Assembly (NCBI GenBank): GCA_963796285.1
Contig: CAWCKW010000013.1
Location: forward strand, 416,001 to 480,000
DNA: 64,000 nucleotides
Source of the DNA: Nitrospirota bacterium
Lineage (GTDB): Bacteria; Nitrospirota; UBA9217
Direction of reading: 5' to 3'
In this document: piece after piece, positions 23,218 to 32,225 of the stretch
How positions within the stretch are numbered: the stretch's first letter is position 1
Layout of the letters: the number at the start of each line of letters is the position of its first letter
Notes under the pieces: generated by a model
Databases searched by the model: none
The model's input: the letters and a program-made list of their open reading frames with translations, nothing else
Told to the model about the DNA's origin: nothing
Position numbers and translations under genes: made by a program

Positions 23218-24714
23218 TCACTCTATTTCGAAAAGCACCGCCGCATTGTCGCGGTATACTTCCCGGAAGGGCGCGCTGCGGAGTTCAGGATAACGACCCA
23301 CACGACTTGCCCGCAGGATGAGCCAGTGGGCTCGCAGCATGTCCGCCAGCACGCGGCCGTCCAGAAGCGTCAAATGGCGCCGGAAGTTCTCAAGCATGAC
23401 CGCTTTTTTCCGGTCATAACGGATCGTGTAGGTGGGATCGAGGCCCCAGATATACAGCTGACGCGGCGCAGCATAAAACAGATCAGGGAAATCGTCCCAG
23501 AACGATTGATAACGGTTTCACCCGGCGCCAGATGCTGCTCCATCCAGTGCGAAGCTCCCTGAAAAAAGGGCGGCGGGGCGGCCTTGGTCTGATAATACAG
23601 GTAGAATTTCATGGAGTATACATGAAAGGCCAGGATATGCCGATCGCCGCGGCGGCAAGAAACCAGCGCAGACGCTTACCGAGCGCGGGCAGACGAGAAA
23701 CAACGTCCTGCGCAGAGAGCGTGTCCCTTGCCACGAAAGCTGCCGCAATGGCCAGGAGCAGCACCGAATACTCGACAAAACGCGCCGAGGCCATCGTCAT
23801 CCCGAACCAGCAGAGCGCCGACAGGACAACGCCAAGCGTCTCCGGTGCCAGGCGCTTTCTGCGCACAAGCACGAACACCACGAGCAGCGGGATCAGGATC
23901 AGGATCAAGGGATAGATATCGAGAAACACGGGCAGGGGATACGGATAGATCTCATTGCCGAGTTCGAAACCGGATTTGCCTACCCCCTCCATCCCCATGC
24001 GGAATATTGCACATAGGTGAGGAAAGTCTCAAGGGTCATCGGCGAATACGGATGCACCGCGAGGCCCAGGACCGAGCCGAACCCCGCGGCCGCAACGGAC
24101 CGGTGATCGAACCCGCCCCTGCCAAGCCACTGCCCCACCGCAAATGATCCGACCGTGATAAGCAGGACAAAAGGGACCGTGTAGCTCCAGGCGAACACAA
24201 ATCCCAGAACGAACAAGGCCCGCCATCGTCGCTGCAGCATGAAGTGAACGCCGAACATGAGCAGCAGCATGCTCAGCACATGGGACCGGATCATGCCGAG
24301 CCGCGCGATGAACAACCCGCCCATGGCAAACGGCAGCGTTGTGAAGAACAGGGGCCAGCGGACCTTGTGCGCGCGAAGCACCAGGTAAAGCGCTCCGATG
24401 ACAGCTACCGAGAGGAGCGTGGCGAAGATCCGCGCGCCGAGGATCGGCTCGCTGCCAAGCTGGGCGAACGGCATCATCGCGACGTGATACAGAAACTCCT
24501 TGTCGCAATAGCGGTCCTTCCAGGTACTGAGCTGCGTCCAGGGAAAGCTTTGAGAGATCCCCCGCTCCGGCATCAGCTGGGAGAGACGAGCATGGTAGTA
24601 GCCGTCCCGCTCGAACAGCCCGTTTTGAAACAAGGCGGTTGCCGCAAATAAGCAAAATACGTAAACGAAAAACAGCCGCGTTACCAGGGAATCTATTGCC
24701 CAGCCTTTCTTCAT
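23218..24714 (-). CDS. Polytopic membrane protein, GT-C glycosyltransferase-like; three frameshifts
   Basis: DGYYHARL after TM1, many TM helices, C-terminal soluble part with WDDFPDLFY..GLDPTY; frames join at ~24007, ~23614 and ~23505. Confidence 0.65.
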
Positions 24715-24904
24715 AAGCTTTTCAGATCACCTTCCGGAGAACCTTGAGGATATCCCGCTAACGGGTATTGTGAGGGAGCACATGAGGGTGAGATCTTTTC
24801 TCCCGGCATCCCCTTCTGTAATTAAGATGAACAGTAAACATGCCGGCGATCGAGACCGAAAACGAAAAGCACTTTGTGGTTGTCCCTGCTGTCAGCATGG
24901 CGTA

Positions 24905-25249
24905 CTATCGCCCGAACAACGAAATGAACGAAACGCAGAGTGCGATCAATGACACAACGATCGCTCCAATACAAAGCGCAGCTGTCCGTTTGAACCTGGA
25001 TTCGGCGAGCGACGCTCCTTGCTCGAGAGCGGCTGTCATTTTTTGCAATTGCTCGGCCAGCTCTTTGATGTGCACTGCGTTTTGCGAGGCGGCAAATTGA
25101 AGCTCGGCGATCTGTTGCTGCAGGAGTTGCGCTTCAGCAGCAGTCGTCTCGGCGTTTTTTCGCATGGTAAAAACCGGCATCGCCGCTGCAACGATCGAGC
25201 TTAGGTAAGGCAGAATTACTTTTACCGCGGGAAGTAGCCACGCTGCCAT
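24905..25249 (-). CDS. Hypothetical membrane-anchored coiled-coil protein
   Basis: SD GGAGG; hydrophobic ends flank a Q-rich coiled coil. Confidence 0.65.
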   Translation of the reverse strand: MAAWLLPAVKVILPYLSSIVAAAMPVFTMRKNAETTAAEAQLLQQQIAELQFAASQNAVHIKELAEQLQKMTAALEQGASLAESRFKRTAALCIGAIVVSLIALCVSFISLFGR

Positions 25250-25499
25250 AGATCCTCCGTGTCAGTGCGTTAAGGGGCCGGCTGGATTCCGCCTTGAAAG
25301 AACCTCATTGGATCACGTCCCATTTGTTGCCATGCCACTATTTCCTTCTCCGAAGCGCGAAACAGGTAGACGTCGGAGAATGCACCCTGAATTTGCGGGT
25401 CACGCTCATTGCCTAATGCGGGAATCTTCGGGACCACCACAGGTTCATTCTGCTGCTTGACACATCTCGATGCGTAAGCGACTCAGAGCTTATATTCCC

Positions 25500-25859
25500 T
25501 CAACGTCTTCGTCTTCTTTGCCCTTCTTTTCCCTTCTTCTCCGGCAACGACAGCGAAAAACGCTTCCCCACTTCGATCCATTTCAACAGGCCGGCAGCAC
25601 TCTTCCACCCCGCTTCCTGCACCATGACCCAGCCGAACATCGGCCTGCCGGTGATATCGAACGGCTTTACATTCCGGTCTTTGAGGCTTTGCTCCCCCTG
25701 CTCTTTGTCCATGCGAACGATCAGGCTATCCTTATAGATGCCGAAGGCCATATTGCCCTTGAGCAGGTAGCAGACACCGCCGAACATCTTCTTCTTTTCC
25801 ACGTTCTGCCATCGCTGAGCAGCAGCGTCGATCTTTTCTTCGAGCTTTGTGTTATACAT
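25500..25859 (-). CDS. TfoX/Sxy N-terminal domain family protein
   Basis: KKMFGGVCYLLKGNM..GI and PFDITGRPMFGWVMV. Confidence 0.85.
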   Translation of the reverse strand: MYNTKLEEKIDAAAQRWQNVEKKKMFGGVCYLLKGNMAFGIYKDSLIVRMDKEQGEQSLKDRNVKPFDITGRPMFGWVMVQEAGWKSAAGLLKWIEVGKRFSLSLPEKKGKEGQRRRRR

Positions 25860-25872
25860 CCTGGATTCCCCG

Positions 25873-26016
25873 TTATTTGCTGTTTATCAACCAATCCAGC
25901 AGGAACCATGCTCCCACCAGCACCGCGATGAAGATGACCATTTTCAGGATGTTCTGATAGCCATGGCTCTCTTCAGAGTCCTGAGGATCGGATCGATTTT
26001 GGTTGTTCTTATCCAT
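25873..26016 (-). CDS. Small single-TM hypothetical protein
   Basis: SD GGAG; polar N-terminus plus one hydrophobic helix. Confidence 0.5.
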   Translation of the reverse strand: MDKNNQNRSDPQDSEESHGYQNILKMVIFIAVLVGAWFLLDWLINSK

Positions 26017-26041
26017 GTACGCTCCCGGCTGCGCCTCCCCC

Positions 26042-26725
26042 CTAACGGTCGTCCGATGTTCTGAACAGGAACTCAAGCGTGAGGGTGAACATTTTCTCCC
26101 TCACATCGTAATCCCTCTCGAAATAGGAGGTCGAGGCGCTGTTGGTCTCGTGGGAAAAGAAACCTTTGCCTTCTCCCACATAATCAAATACCTGGAATCC
26201 CAGTTTCACGACGGTCGTAAGCTTTTCCTTATCATTGAAATTAACGCCGAGCACCAGGCCCTTGCCGACACCGAACAGGTTTATTTTATAATTGGAGTAA
26301 TACTGAGGAGACCCCTGGACCCAGGTCACTTTGATCTCAGGGCCGAACCAGATACGTACCTTGGGAGTAACGAGGGTACCGAAGCCAAAGCTGTTGCTGA
26401 TGATCATCCCGTCCAGGTCGGCATTGCCCCAGGCGGCGTTGTTCATGTTCCTGAAGATGCCATAGCCGACGGTCAGATTGTAATTGTACAACTTGTCGCG
26501 GGCCGGGGCGGTATCCATCGCCAGGCCGAAATCCAGGTGGCCGGTGGTCTTCTTGAAGTTCGCTGTATTCTCCGGCGACCAGTCCGCCCTGCCCCCGGCT
26601 GCGGAGCCGTAGACACCCAGACCGGCCGCGTCCGCGTCATTCACGATGGCGGCGCACAGCAGGGCCAGCGAGAGGCAGACGACGACCATTCTCATATTCA
26701 ACCCTCCTGTATTATTTCTTTTCAA
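26042..26725 (-). CDS. Probable outer-membrane beta-barrel protein
   Basis: Signal peptide, amphipathic beta-strand pattern, C-terminal LTLEFLF. Confidence 0.6.
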   Translation of the reverse strand: MKRNNTGGLNMRMVVVCLSLALLCAAIVNDADAAGLGVYGSAAGGRADWSPENTANFKKTTGHLDFGLAMDTAPARDKLYNYNLTVGYGIFRNMNNAAWGNADLDGMIISNSFGFGTLVTPKVRIWFGPEIKVTWVQGSPQYYSNYKINLFGVGKGLVLGVNFNDKEKLTTVVKLGFQVFDYVGEGKGFFSHETNSASTSYFERDYDVREKMFTLTLEFLFRTSDDR

Positions 26726-26910
26726 CCGTTGATTTTTTTAGCGCCCCGACACCGGGGGCAGACGCTTTTTCCCGTACCATGACAACTTGAACACGATCGT
26801 TGCGCTGCATTCGTACTGGACCGTCTTCCCTGCCCATGACAGACAGGACACGTCATCGAACCTTTGCCGCTGCATTCCGGACAGGGAATCGTTGTTGTTT
26901 TATCTGCCAT
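26722..26910 (-). CDS. DnaJ-type Cys-rich zinc-finger microprotein
   Basis: Four CxxCxG repeats (CPECSGKG, CPVCHGQG, CSSCHGTG, CPRCRG). Confidence 0.7.
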   Translation of the reverse strand: MADKTTTIPCPECSGKGSMTCPVCHGQGRRSSTNAAQRSCSSCHGTGKSVCPRCRGAKKING

Positions 26911-27037
26911 TTGTTACCCCCCCTTGATATCAATTAAGAAATATCGCAGCATATGATGAAAGCGCGTGACCGATGACCCTCGATACCGTGCTGCCCATCA
27001 TGAGCCGCGTGGGTCCTGTGCGGCCGATGCGTGGCGG

Positions 27038-27388
27038 CTATTTCTTTGCGATATCCAAATGTAACTTATGCAAAAATCGATGATACACCGGCGCGAAGAG
27101 CACGCCGGCGAACGTGATGAACGATATGCCGCTGAACAATGCATAAAAAGCGGCAAACAGTTTCCCCGCGCTCGGCTCCAGGTGGTCTACCGGCCCCATG
27201 CCGGCCAGGATCATACACGCGTTCAGGAATGCATCGATCCACGGAAGATTGCCGAAGCCATGATAGCCCACGGTGCCGATCCCGACGGAGAACAGCAGGA
27301 TGATCAGGGCGAACTCGGCATAGCGGACTTGCCGCCGGATGAATTCTTTGCGGGACAGAAGCGGCTTTTTATGATGTTCGAAAGGCAT
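27038..27388 (-). CDS. Small two-TM ion-channel-like membrane protein
   Basis: WIDAFLNACMILAGMGP pore-like segment and GKLFAAFYALFSG. Confidence 0.75.
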   Translation of the reverse strand: MPFEHHKKPLLSRKEFIRRQVRYAEFALIILLFSVGIGTVGYHGFGNLPWIDAFLNACMILAGMGPVDHLEPSAGKLFAAFYALFSGISFITFAGVLFAPVYHRFLHKLHLDIAKK

Positions 27389-27556
27389 TCGTTATCCCTT
27401 AACAAGGCCTCGGGTCACGGGTACAGGGTTTAGGGCAACCTGGCGGGACATTGTTGCACCCATTGTGTGACGCTTTCCCTCAGTCGTAGACGAGCCATAG
27501 TCGCGATCAGATGACAGGTTAACCTTTCCTCTCCCGACACTCCCAACGGGTCGAGG

Positions 27557-28129
27557 TTACTTCCTTGTTTCCTTGAACTTCACGCCATCCTTCCACGCAT
27601 TCCCCACCTGCTCGCCCAGGGCCCAGAACCGGTTGTCAGGCATGGTGAGCAGGAAGGGACGCATCTTCTTCGGGTCTGGCTTCCCGTCAACCAGGTACTG
27701 TTCTTCCGAGTAGATGTTCCGGATCTCGGCAATGAAGAAGGTATTCGTCGGAAGATCCACTGTCTGGACCAGCTTGCATTCTATGGAAAGCGGACACGCC
27801 GAGATCATGGGCGCTTTTTTAAGCTCCCCGTAGAACACCTCGAACAGGCCCGACTTGTCCGTGTTCTTCCCGGAAACGACTCCGCAGTAATCCGTGATCG
27901 CCACCATGTCCGATGAGGGGACATTGACGCTGAACTCGCTGTTCGAGCGGATCGCCTCGTTCGTCGCATGCCCTTTGTTGACGCAGATGCCGAGCATGGC
28001 AGGCTGGTAATTCACCCTGGTCAACCAGTCCAGCGCCATGAAATTGACCTTGCCGTTCACATGGCTGCCCAGGAGGGTCTGGGTCCAGGGCAGGCAGAAC
28101 ATGTTTTTATCCACGATGATCTTTGCCAT
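27557..28129 (-). CDS. Flavin reductase family protein (flavoredoxin-like)
   Basis: EFSVNVPS, DYCGVVSG..DKS and APMISACPLSIECK. Confidence 0.9.
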   Translation of the reverse strand: MAKIIVDKNMFCLPWTQTLLGSHVNGKVNFMALDWLTRVNYQPAMLGICVNKGHATNEAIRSNSEFSVNVPSSDMVAITDYCGVVSGKNTDKSGLFEVFYGELKKAPMISACPLSIECKLVQTVDLPTNTFFIAEIRNIYSEEQYLVDGKPDPKKMRPFLLTMPDNRFWALGEQVGNAWKDGVKFKETRK

Positions 28130-28185
28130 TGAATGAGTCCTCCTTAGCAAGAGAATAGCATGATGGCGCATTTTTTGGTACTGGT

Positions 28186-29160
28186 TTACAGCGAACAAAT
28201 TTTCTTTAATTCTATCATACGAAGCCGAAGTCCGCGCCCCGCCTCTGGGTCAAGCATGTTCATTTGCTGTCCATTCGCAAACTCAATGACCATGAAATTA
28301 TCTGCAAATTGCATCTCCCGCTGTTTTTCCCTGAGCTGGTCAATAAAGTCCTGCCATGTTTCATCGATGCTCATGCCGTATGTCGCCCGGAACGACTTGT
28401 CAAAATCCCCGCCATCCGCGATCTTGAGCATGAGCAGACCAAATTTGAATTCAGACGTCCTCTTAAGGTACCTGACAAACAGCTCTGCCTGCCGGTAGAA
28501 CATATGCGGCTCCAGGCCGTATGAGCTGCCTGACTTATGCCGGAAAAAGCTGCCGTGCGCCTCCGGGGTAAAGTGCTTGCCTTCCACAATGGCCTTCACA
28601 GCGGCCGCCTCACTGACCTTTTCCGCCCCTCCGCCGTTCGAGACCATGACAGCAAGACCTTCCTGAAACCATGCGGGGATATTGGCGTTGTAGTGATAGA
28701 CCCCGAGCTGCTGCTGAAGATGCAGGTGCGATAACTCATGGGTCAGAATGGCCTTGAGCGTTTCATTGAACTCCGGGTCCTTCAGACGCCCTGAGAGAAA
28801 CACCTTGGTGGTAAGCGCGCCTCGAACATGCTTCGACAAACCCGTATGGCCTGCAAAGCTGTCCTCTGAAGCACACACATACACGGTCACCGGTTTTGTG
28901 AAATCCCGGTACTGCTCTTTTTCAATAGTGCGGATCGCTTCCGGCAGGTATCCTGCAACCTGCCTGGCCAGGTCCTCTGCCCCTGATTCTGCGAGGACCC
29001 GGCTGTCGGTCTCAAGGGGATGGAAATCCGACGTGGATTTCAGGGACGCCATTCCGGTCCTCAGCAGACCGCAACCCGTGAGATTGACCGTGAGGAAGAG
29101 CAGGATCCCCAGTACACGGATATGGGCGGAATCAATCGTATTTTTCGTTGCATTAACCAT
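28186..29160 (-). CDS. Peptidase MA-like metalloprotease lipoprotein
   Basis: Lipobox LTGC, HELSH (HExxH) and PAWFQEGLA. Confidence 0.8.
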   Translation of the reverse strand: MVNATKNTIDSAHIRVLGILLFLTVNLTGCGLLRTGMASLKSTSDFHPLETDSRVLAESGAEDLARQVAGYLPEAIRTIEKEQYRDFTKPVTVYVCASEDSFAGHTGLSKHVRGALTTKVFLSGRLKDPEFNETLKAILTHELSHLHLQQQLGVYHYNANIPAWFQEGLAVMVSNGGGAEKVSEAAAVKAIVEGKHFTPEAHGSFFRHKSGSSYGLEPHMFYRQAELFVRYLKRTSEFKFGLLMLKIADGGDFDKSFRATYGMSIDETWQDFIDQLREKQREMQFADNFMVIEFANGQQMNMLDPEAGRGLRLRMIELKKICSL

Positions 29161-29170
29161 CGCGCCAGCC

Positions 29171-29914
29171 TCAGCATAACATCTGACAGGGCATCCCGGC
29201 CTTTTCGAACGCGGCCCTCAACTCCTCGCCCTTTTGCAGGAAGAAGCCGTCGTCCATGGCCCATTGCATCCCGTGCTTTTTATACACCCAGTCCGCATAG
29301 TGATAATTCATCCGGTCAATGAGTACGGTGTCCGCCTTGCCTTTCAGCAGGTCAACCAGCCCCTCGGCGCCAGGAAGCATCGGTGCTACCATGACAAAGG
29401 TTTTGATCCCTTCTGCGTGAAGACTGGCCAGGGCCTCGACCCGTTTTGGCGTGGGCGGGGCATGCGGCTCAAAGATGCGCCTCACCTTCTCATCGGCAGT
29501 GGTCATCGTGAACCCGACCTCGCAATCGGCCGCCCGCTTCAACAGATCGATGTCGCGTACGACCAACGGCGATCTGGTCTGGATCGTTACGGGCCATCCC
29601 CGTTCCACGAGGATCTCAAGGCACTTTCTCGTGAGCTGGTATTTATTTTCCAGCGGCTGATACGCATCGCACACGCCGCTAATCCAGACCCGTCCCATTT
29701 TCTTTTTCAATACTTCCCTGGCCAGCAGCTCCGGGGCATTGATCTTCACATCGACAAAGTCCCCCCACGGTTCACGGTGTCCGGTGAATCTCTTCATGAA
29801 CTTGGCGTAGCAATAGACGCAGCCATGCTGGCATCCGACATACGCATTCAATGCGTAATCGTACACTTGGGACTTGGACAGGATGCCTTTTGCTGTTATT
29901 TCTTTTATTACCAT
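29171..29914 (-). CDS. Radical SAM protein, spore photoproduct lyase-like
   Basis: NAYVGCQHGCVYCYA, WGDFVDVKINAPELL and CDAYQPLE. Confidence 0.9.
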   Translation of the reverse strand: MVIKEITAKGILSKSQVYDYALNAYVGCQHGCVYCYAKFMKRFTGHREPWGDFVDVKINAPELLAREVLKKKMGRVWISGVCDAYQPLENKYQLTRKCLEILVERGWPVTIQTRSPLVVRDIDLLKRAADCEVGFTMTTADEKVRRIFEPHAPPTPKRVEALASLHAEGIKTFVMVAPMLPGAEGLVDLLKGKADTVLIDRMNYHYADWVYKKHGMQWAMDDGFFLQKGEELRAAFEKAGMPCQMLC

Positions 29915-30088
29915 GATGGTGATCTTGTGACAAGTGATTAAGGGCAATGTACCGTTAGAATAGGATTGCCATGACTCTGTGGCCAGGCGACATAATGGTG
30001 GAGCGCACGATTTTGCCCCAAATGCAATTTCTCACCTGTGCACACCGTACTATAAACGGGACGATTTGGCAAGGCATCAGGATTACAG

Positions 30089-31485
30089 TGTCAAGGCAAA
30101 GTAGAAATGTCCGGTTTTAGGATGCAAAGGACAATCGCTCCTTGCTCTTCGAATTGTTTTATAAGATCTTCTCCAGGGGTGATCTGGCAGTTGAGTCCGT
30201 ACTTTATTTCCCTGAATTAGTTTGGGTGTTTTTAGGTTTTCTTTAGCGGTCGTGTCGTGATTTCACTGTATTTTAAATCGAGGCCCTTGTTGGTTATGTG
30301 AAGAGATCCATCGGTTCGTTCTTCCACGACAACCTTCTGAGATTTTACAAAGTCCTTGATCTGATAGAGTTTACCGTTGTAAGAGATCGTAAAATCGTTT
30401 CGTATGTGTGCGGCCATCTCGGATGCAGAGAATCTTGTGGAGTTCTCTCATGGACAGCGCAGGTCGGTGTAAATCAACTTCAGAAACAGGCTTTACCTTG
30501 AATTTCATGTTGTGTATTGGAAGATATTTTATCAGAAATTCGTTTGCCTGATCGACGCTTTTAACCCCGGCAAGTCTCATCTCTTTAACCAGACGATCCT
30601 GGAGCGTTCGAAAACTTCTTTCTACCCTGCCTTTTGCTTGGGGTGAATTCGCATGGATGACTGTTACCACGAGTTCGGCAAGACTCCTTTCGAACTGGCT
30701 CATGGGTTTTTCATCTTCCAACTCATCCTCGATGCTCTGCTTGGCCGTGGATTTATACGTTGAGTGCTTGTCCAAATAGACGCTCTGTGGAATGCCGTAG
30801 CGCTTGATATACCGCTTGAAGCTGTCCATGGCTGGCATGGTCCCCTCATAGTCGTAAAAACGCCCGTACACTGTTCCTGTGGCATCGTCGATATATCCCA
30901 TTAATACACATTTAGGACCTCGGCCTTCGAACCAGTCATGATGGGAACCGTCCATCTGCACCATCTCACCAAAATGATGCTTTCTCTCGCGCCATTGCCG
31001 ATGCTTTCTAGCCTTGCGCTTCTCATAAGGGATGCTTTCCTCGTTCAGCCATAGACGTAGAGTCTCTTTGCTTATTTTGATCGCATGAACATCAAGAAGC
31101 TTCTCGCTGGCAAAGGTAGGGCCGAAATCATTGTACTTCTCACGATACAGCTTAAGTGCTTTCTCTTTGATCTTATTGGGGACACGACGATTCGAGGTCT
31201 TGCCGCGGGATCGGTGGCTAATGCCTTCGTCTCCTTCCTCCCGTACCCGTTTGAGCATCCGCCGAAGCTGCCTGCTGCTCAAACCTACAAGCTCCGCAGC
31301 CTTCTCCTGGGTGATCCTCTTATCCAATGCCTGGTGGATAATGTGCAGCCTTTTTGTCTCTCTCCTGCTCATAGTGATGATGTCCATTTCTGTCACAATA
31401 CCCTCCAATTACATCAGGAGTATTGTAACTTAAAATAGGACATTTCTACTTTGCCAGAATAGGACATTATCATTTTGCCATTACA
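30089..31485 (-). mobile_element. IS1202-family (ISNCY) insertion sequence, 1397 bp
   Basis: Ends TGT..GGCAAA.T...AATGTCC with a second internal copy at the right end; flanking DR ggcatcaggattacag (30073-30088) and ggcatcaggatacag (31486-31500). Confidence 0.9.
30160..31408 (-). pseudogene. IS1202-family DDE transposase, frameshifted near the C-terminus
   Basis: HTH, GEMVQMDGSHHDWFEGR, YIDDATG, YLDKHS and SPQAKGRVER; continues in other frames as IRNDFTISYNG.. and ..PDHPWRR. Confidence 0.85.
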
Positions 31486-31772
31486 GGCATCAGGATACAG
31501 GCTTCATTCATCAGTTCGGGATTCAAAGCAGGAGCAGGCCGGCCCGAACATCTCTCTTTCAATAAAAAATAGTGCGCAACAATCTTGCCCTGGTCCGTAC
31601 GAGCAAAGTATTAGGTTTGCGCGATGAACACCTTGCACTATAATTTTTTTCAGCTATATTATTCATATAGACACATCTGCATCTCACTATTTCGCTCGTC
31701 GCCAAATGGTTTCTCATTAATTTCTGAGTTTGGTTTTGATCACATGCTTCATTACTTTGAGGGAGGTGTTCC

Positions 31773-32225
31773 ATGATACGTCTTGATATCAATGGCAAGG
31801 GCTATACCGTGGACGTCGCACCGGATGTTCCCCTGCTCTGGGTGATCCGCGAGCGGCTTCAGCTTACGGGAACGAAATTCGGCTGCGGCATCGGCGAGTG
31901 CGGCTCCTGCACCGTGCATATCGACGGTCAGGCGCAGCGTTCCTGCCAGACAACGGTCGGCAGCGTGCAGGGCAAAAAGATCACGACCATCGAGGGACTT
32001 CCGGAAAACCATCCCGTGAAGAAGGCCTGGGTGCAGGAGCAGGTCCCCCAGTGCGGCTACTGTCAGCCGGGCCAGATCATGCAGGCCGCCGCGCTGCTTG
32101 CCAAGGAACCGCACCCGTCGGACGCGAAGATCATCGAACACATGAACGGCAACCTGTGCCGCTGCGGCACCTACCCGAAGATCAAGAGCGCCATCCGACT
32201 CGCATCGGCAGGAGGTAAAAAATGA
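31773..32225 (+). CDS. iorA: (2Fe-2S) small subunit, isoquinoline/aldehyde oxidoreductase type
   Basis: GTKFGCGIGECGSCTV, QCGYCQPGQIM and NLCRCGTY. Confidence 0.9.
   Translation: MIRLDINGKGYTVDVAPDVPLLWVIRERLQLTGTKFGCGIGECGSCTVHIDGQAQRSCQTTVGSVQGKKITTIEGLPENHPVKKAWVQEQVPQCGYCQPGQIMQAAALLAKEPHPSDAKIIEHMNGNLCRCGTYPKIKSAIRLASAGGKK

Noticed and set aside
4398-24714. Selenocysteine or stop-codon readthrough explaining the split genes
   Set aside because: The breaks are changes of frame, not in-frame TGA or TAG codons.
24900-29950. Run of small minus-strand genes as an integron cassette array
   Set aside because: I could not find attC-like RYYYAAC..GTT structures between them.
30400-30430. Programmed frameshift in the IS transposase
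   Set aside because: There is no slippery sequence, further breaks occur in the tail, and this family normally has a single ORF.
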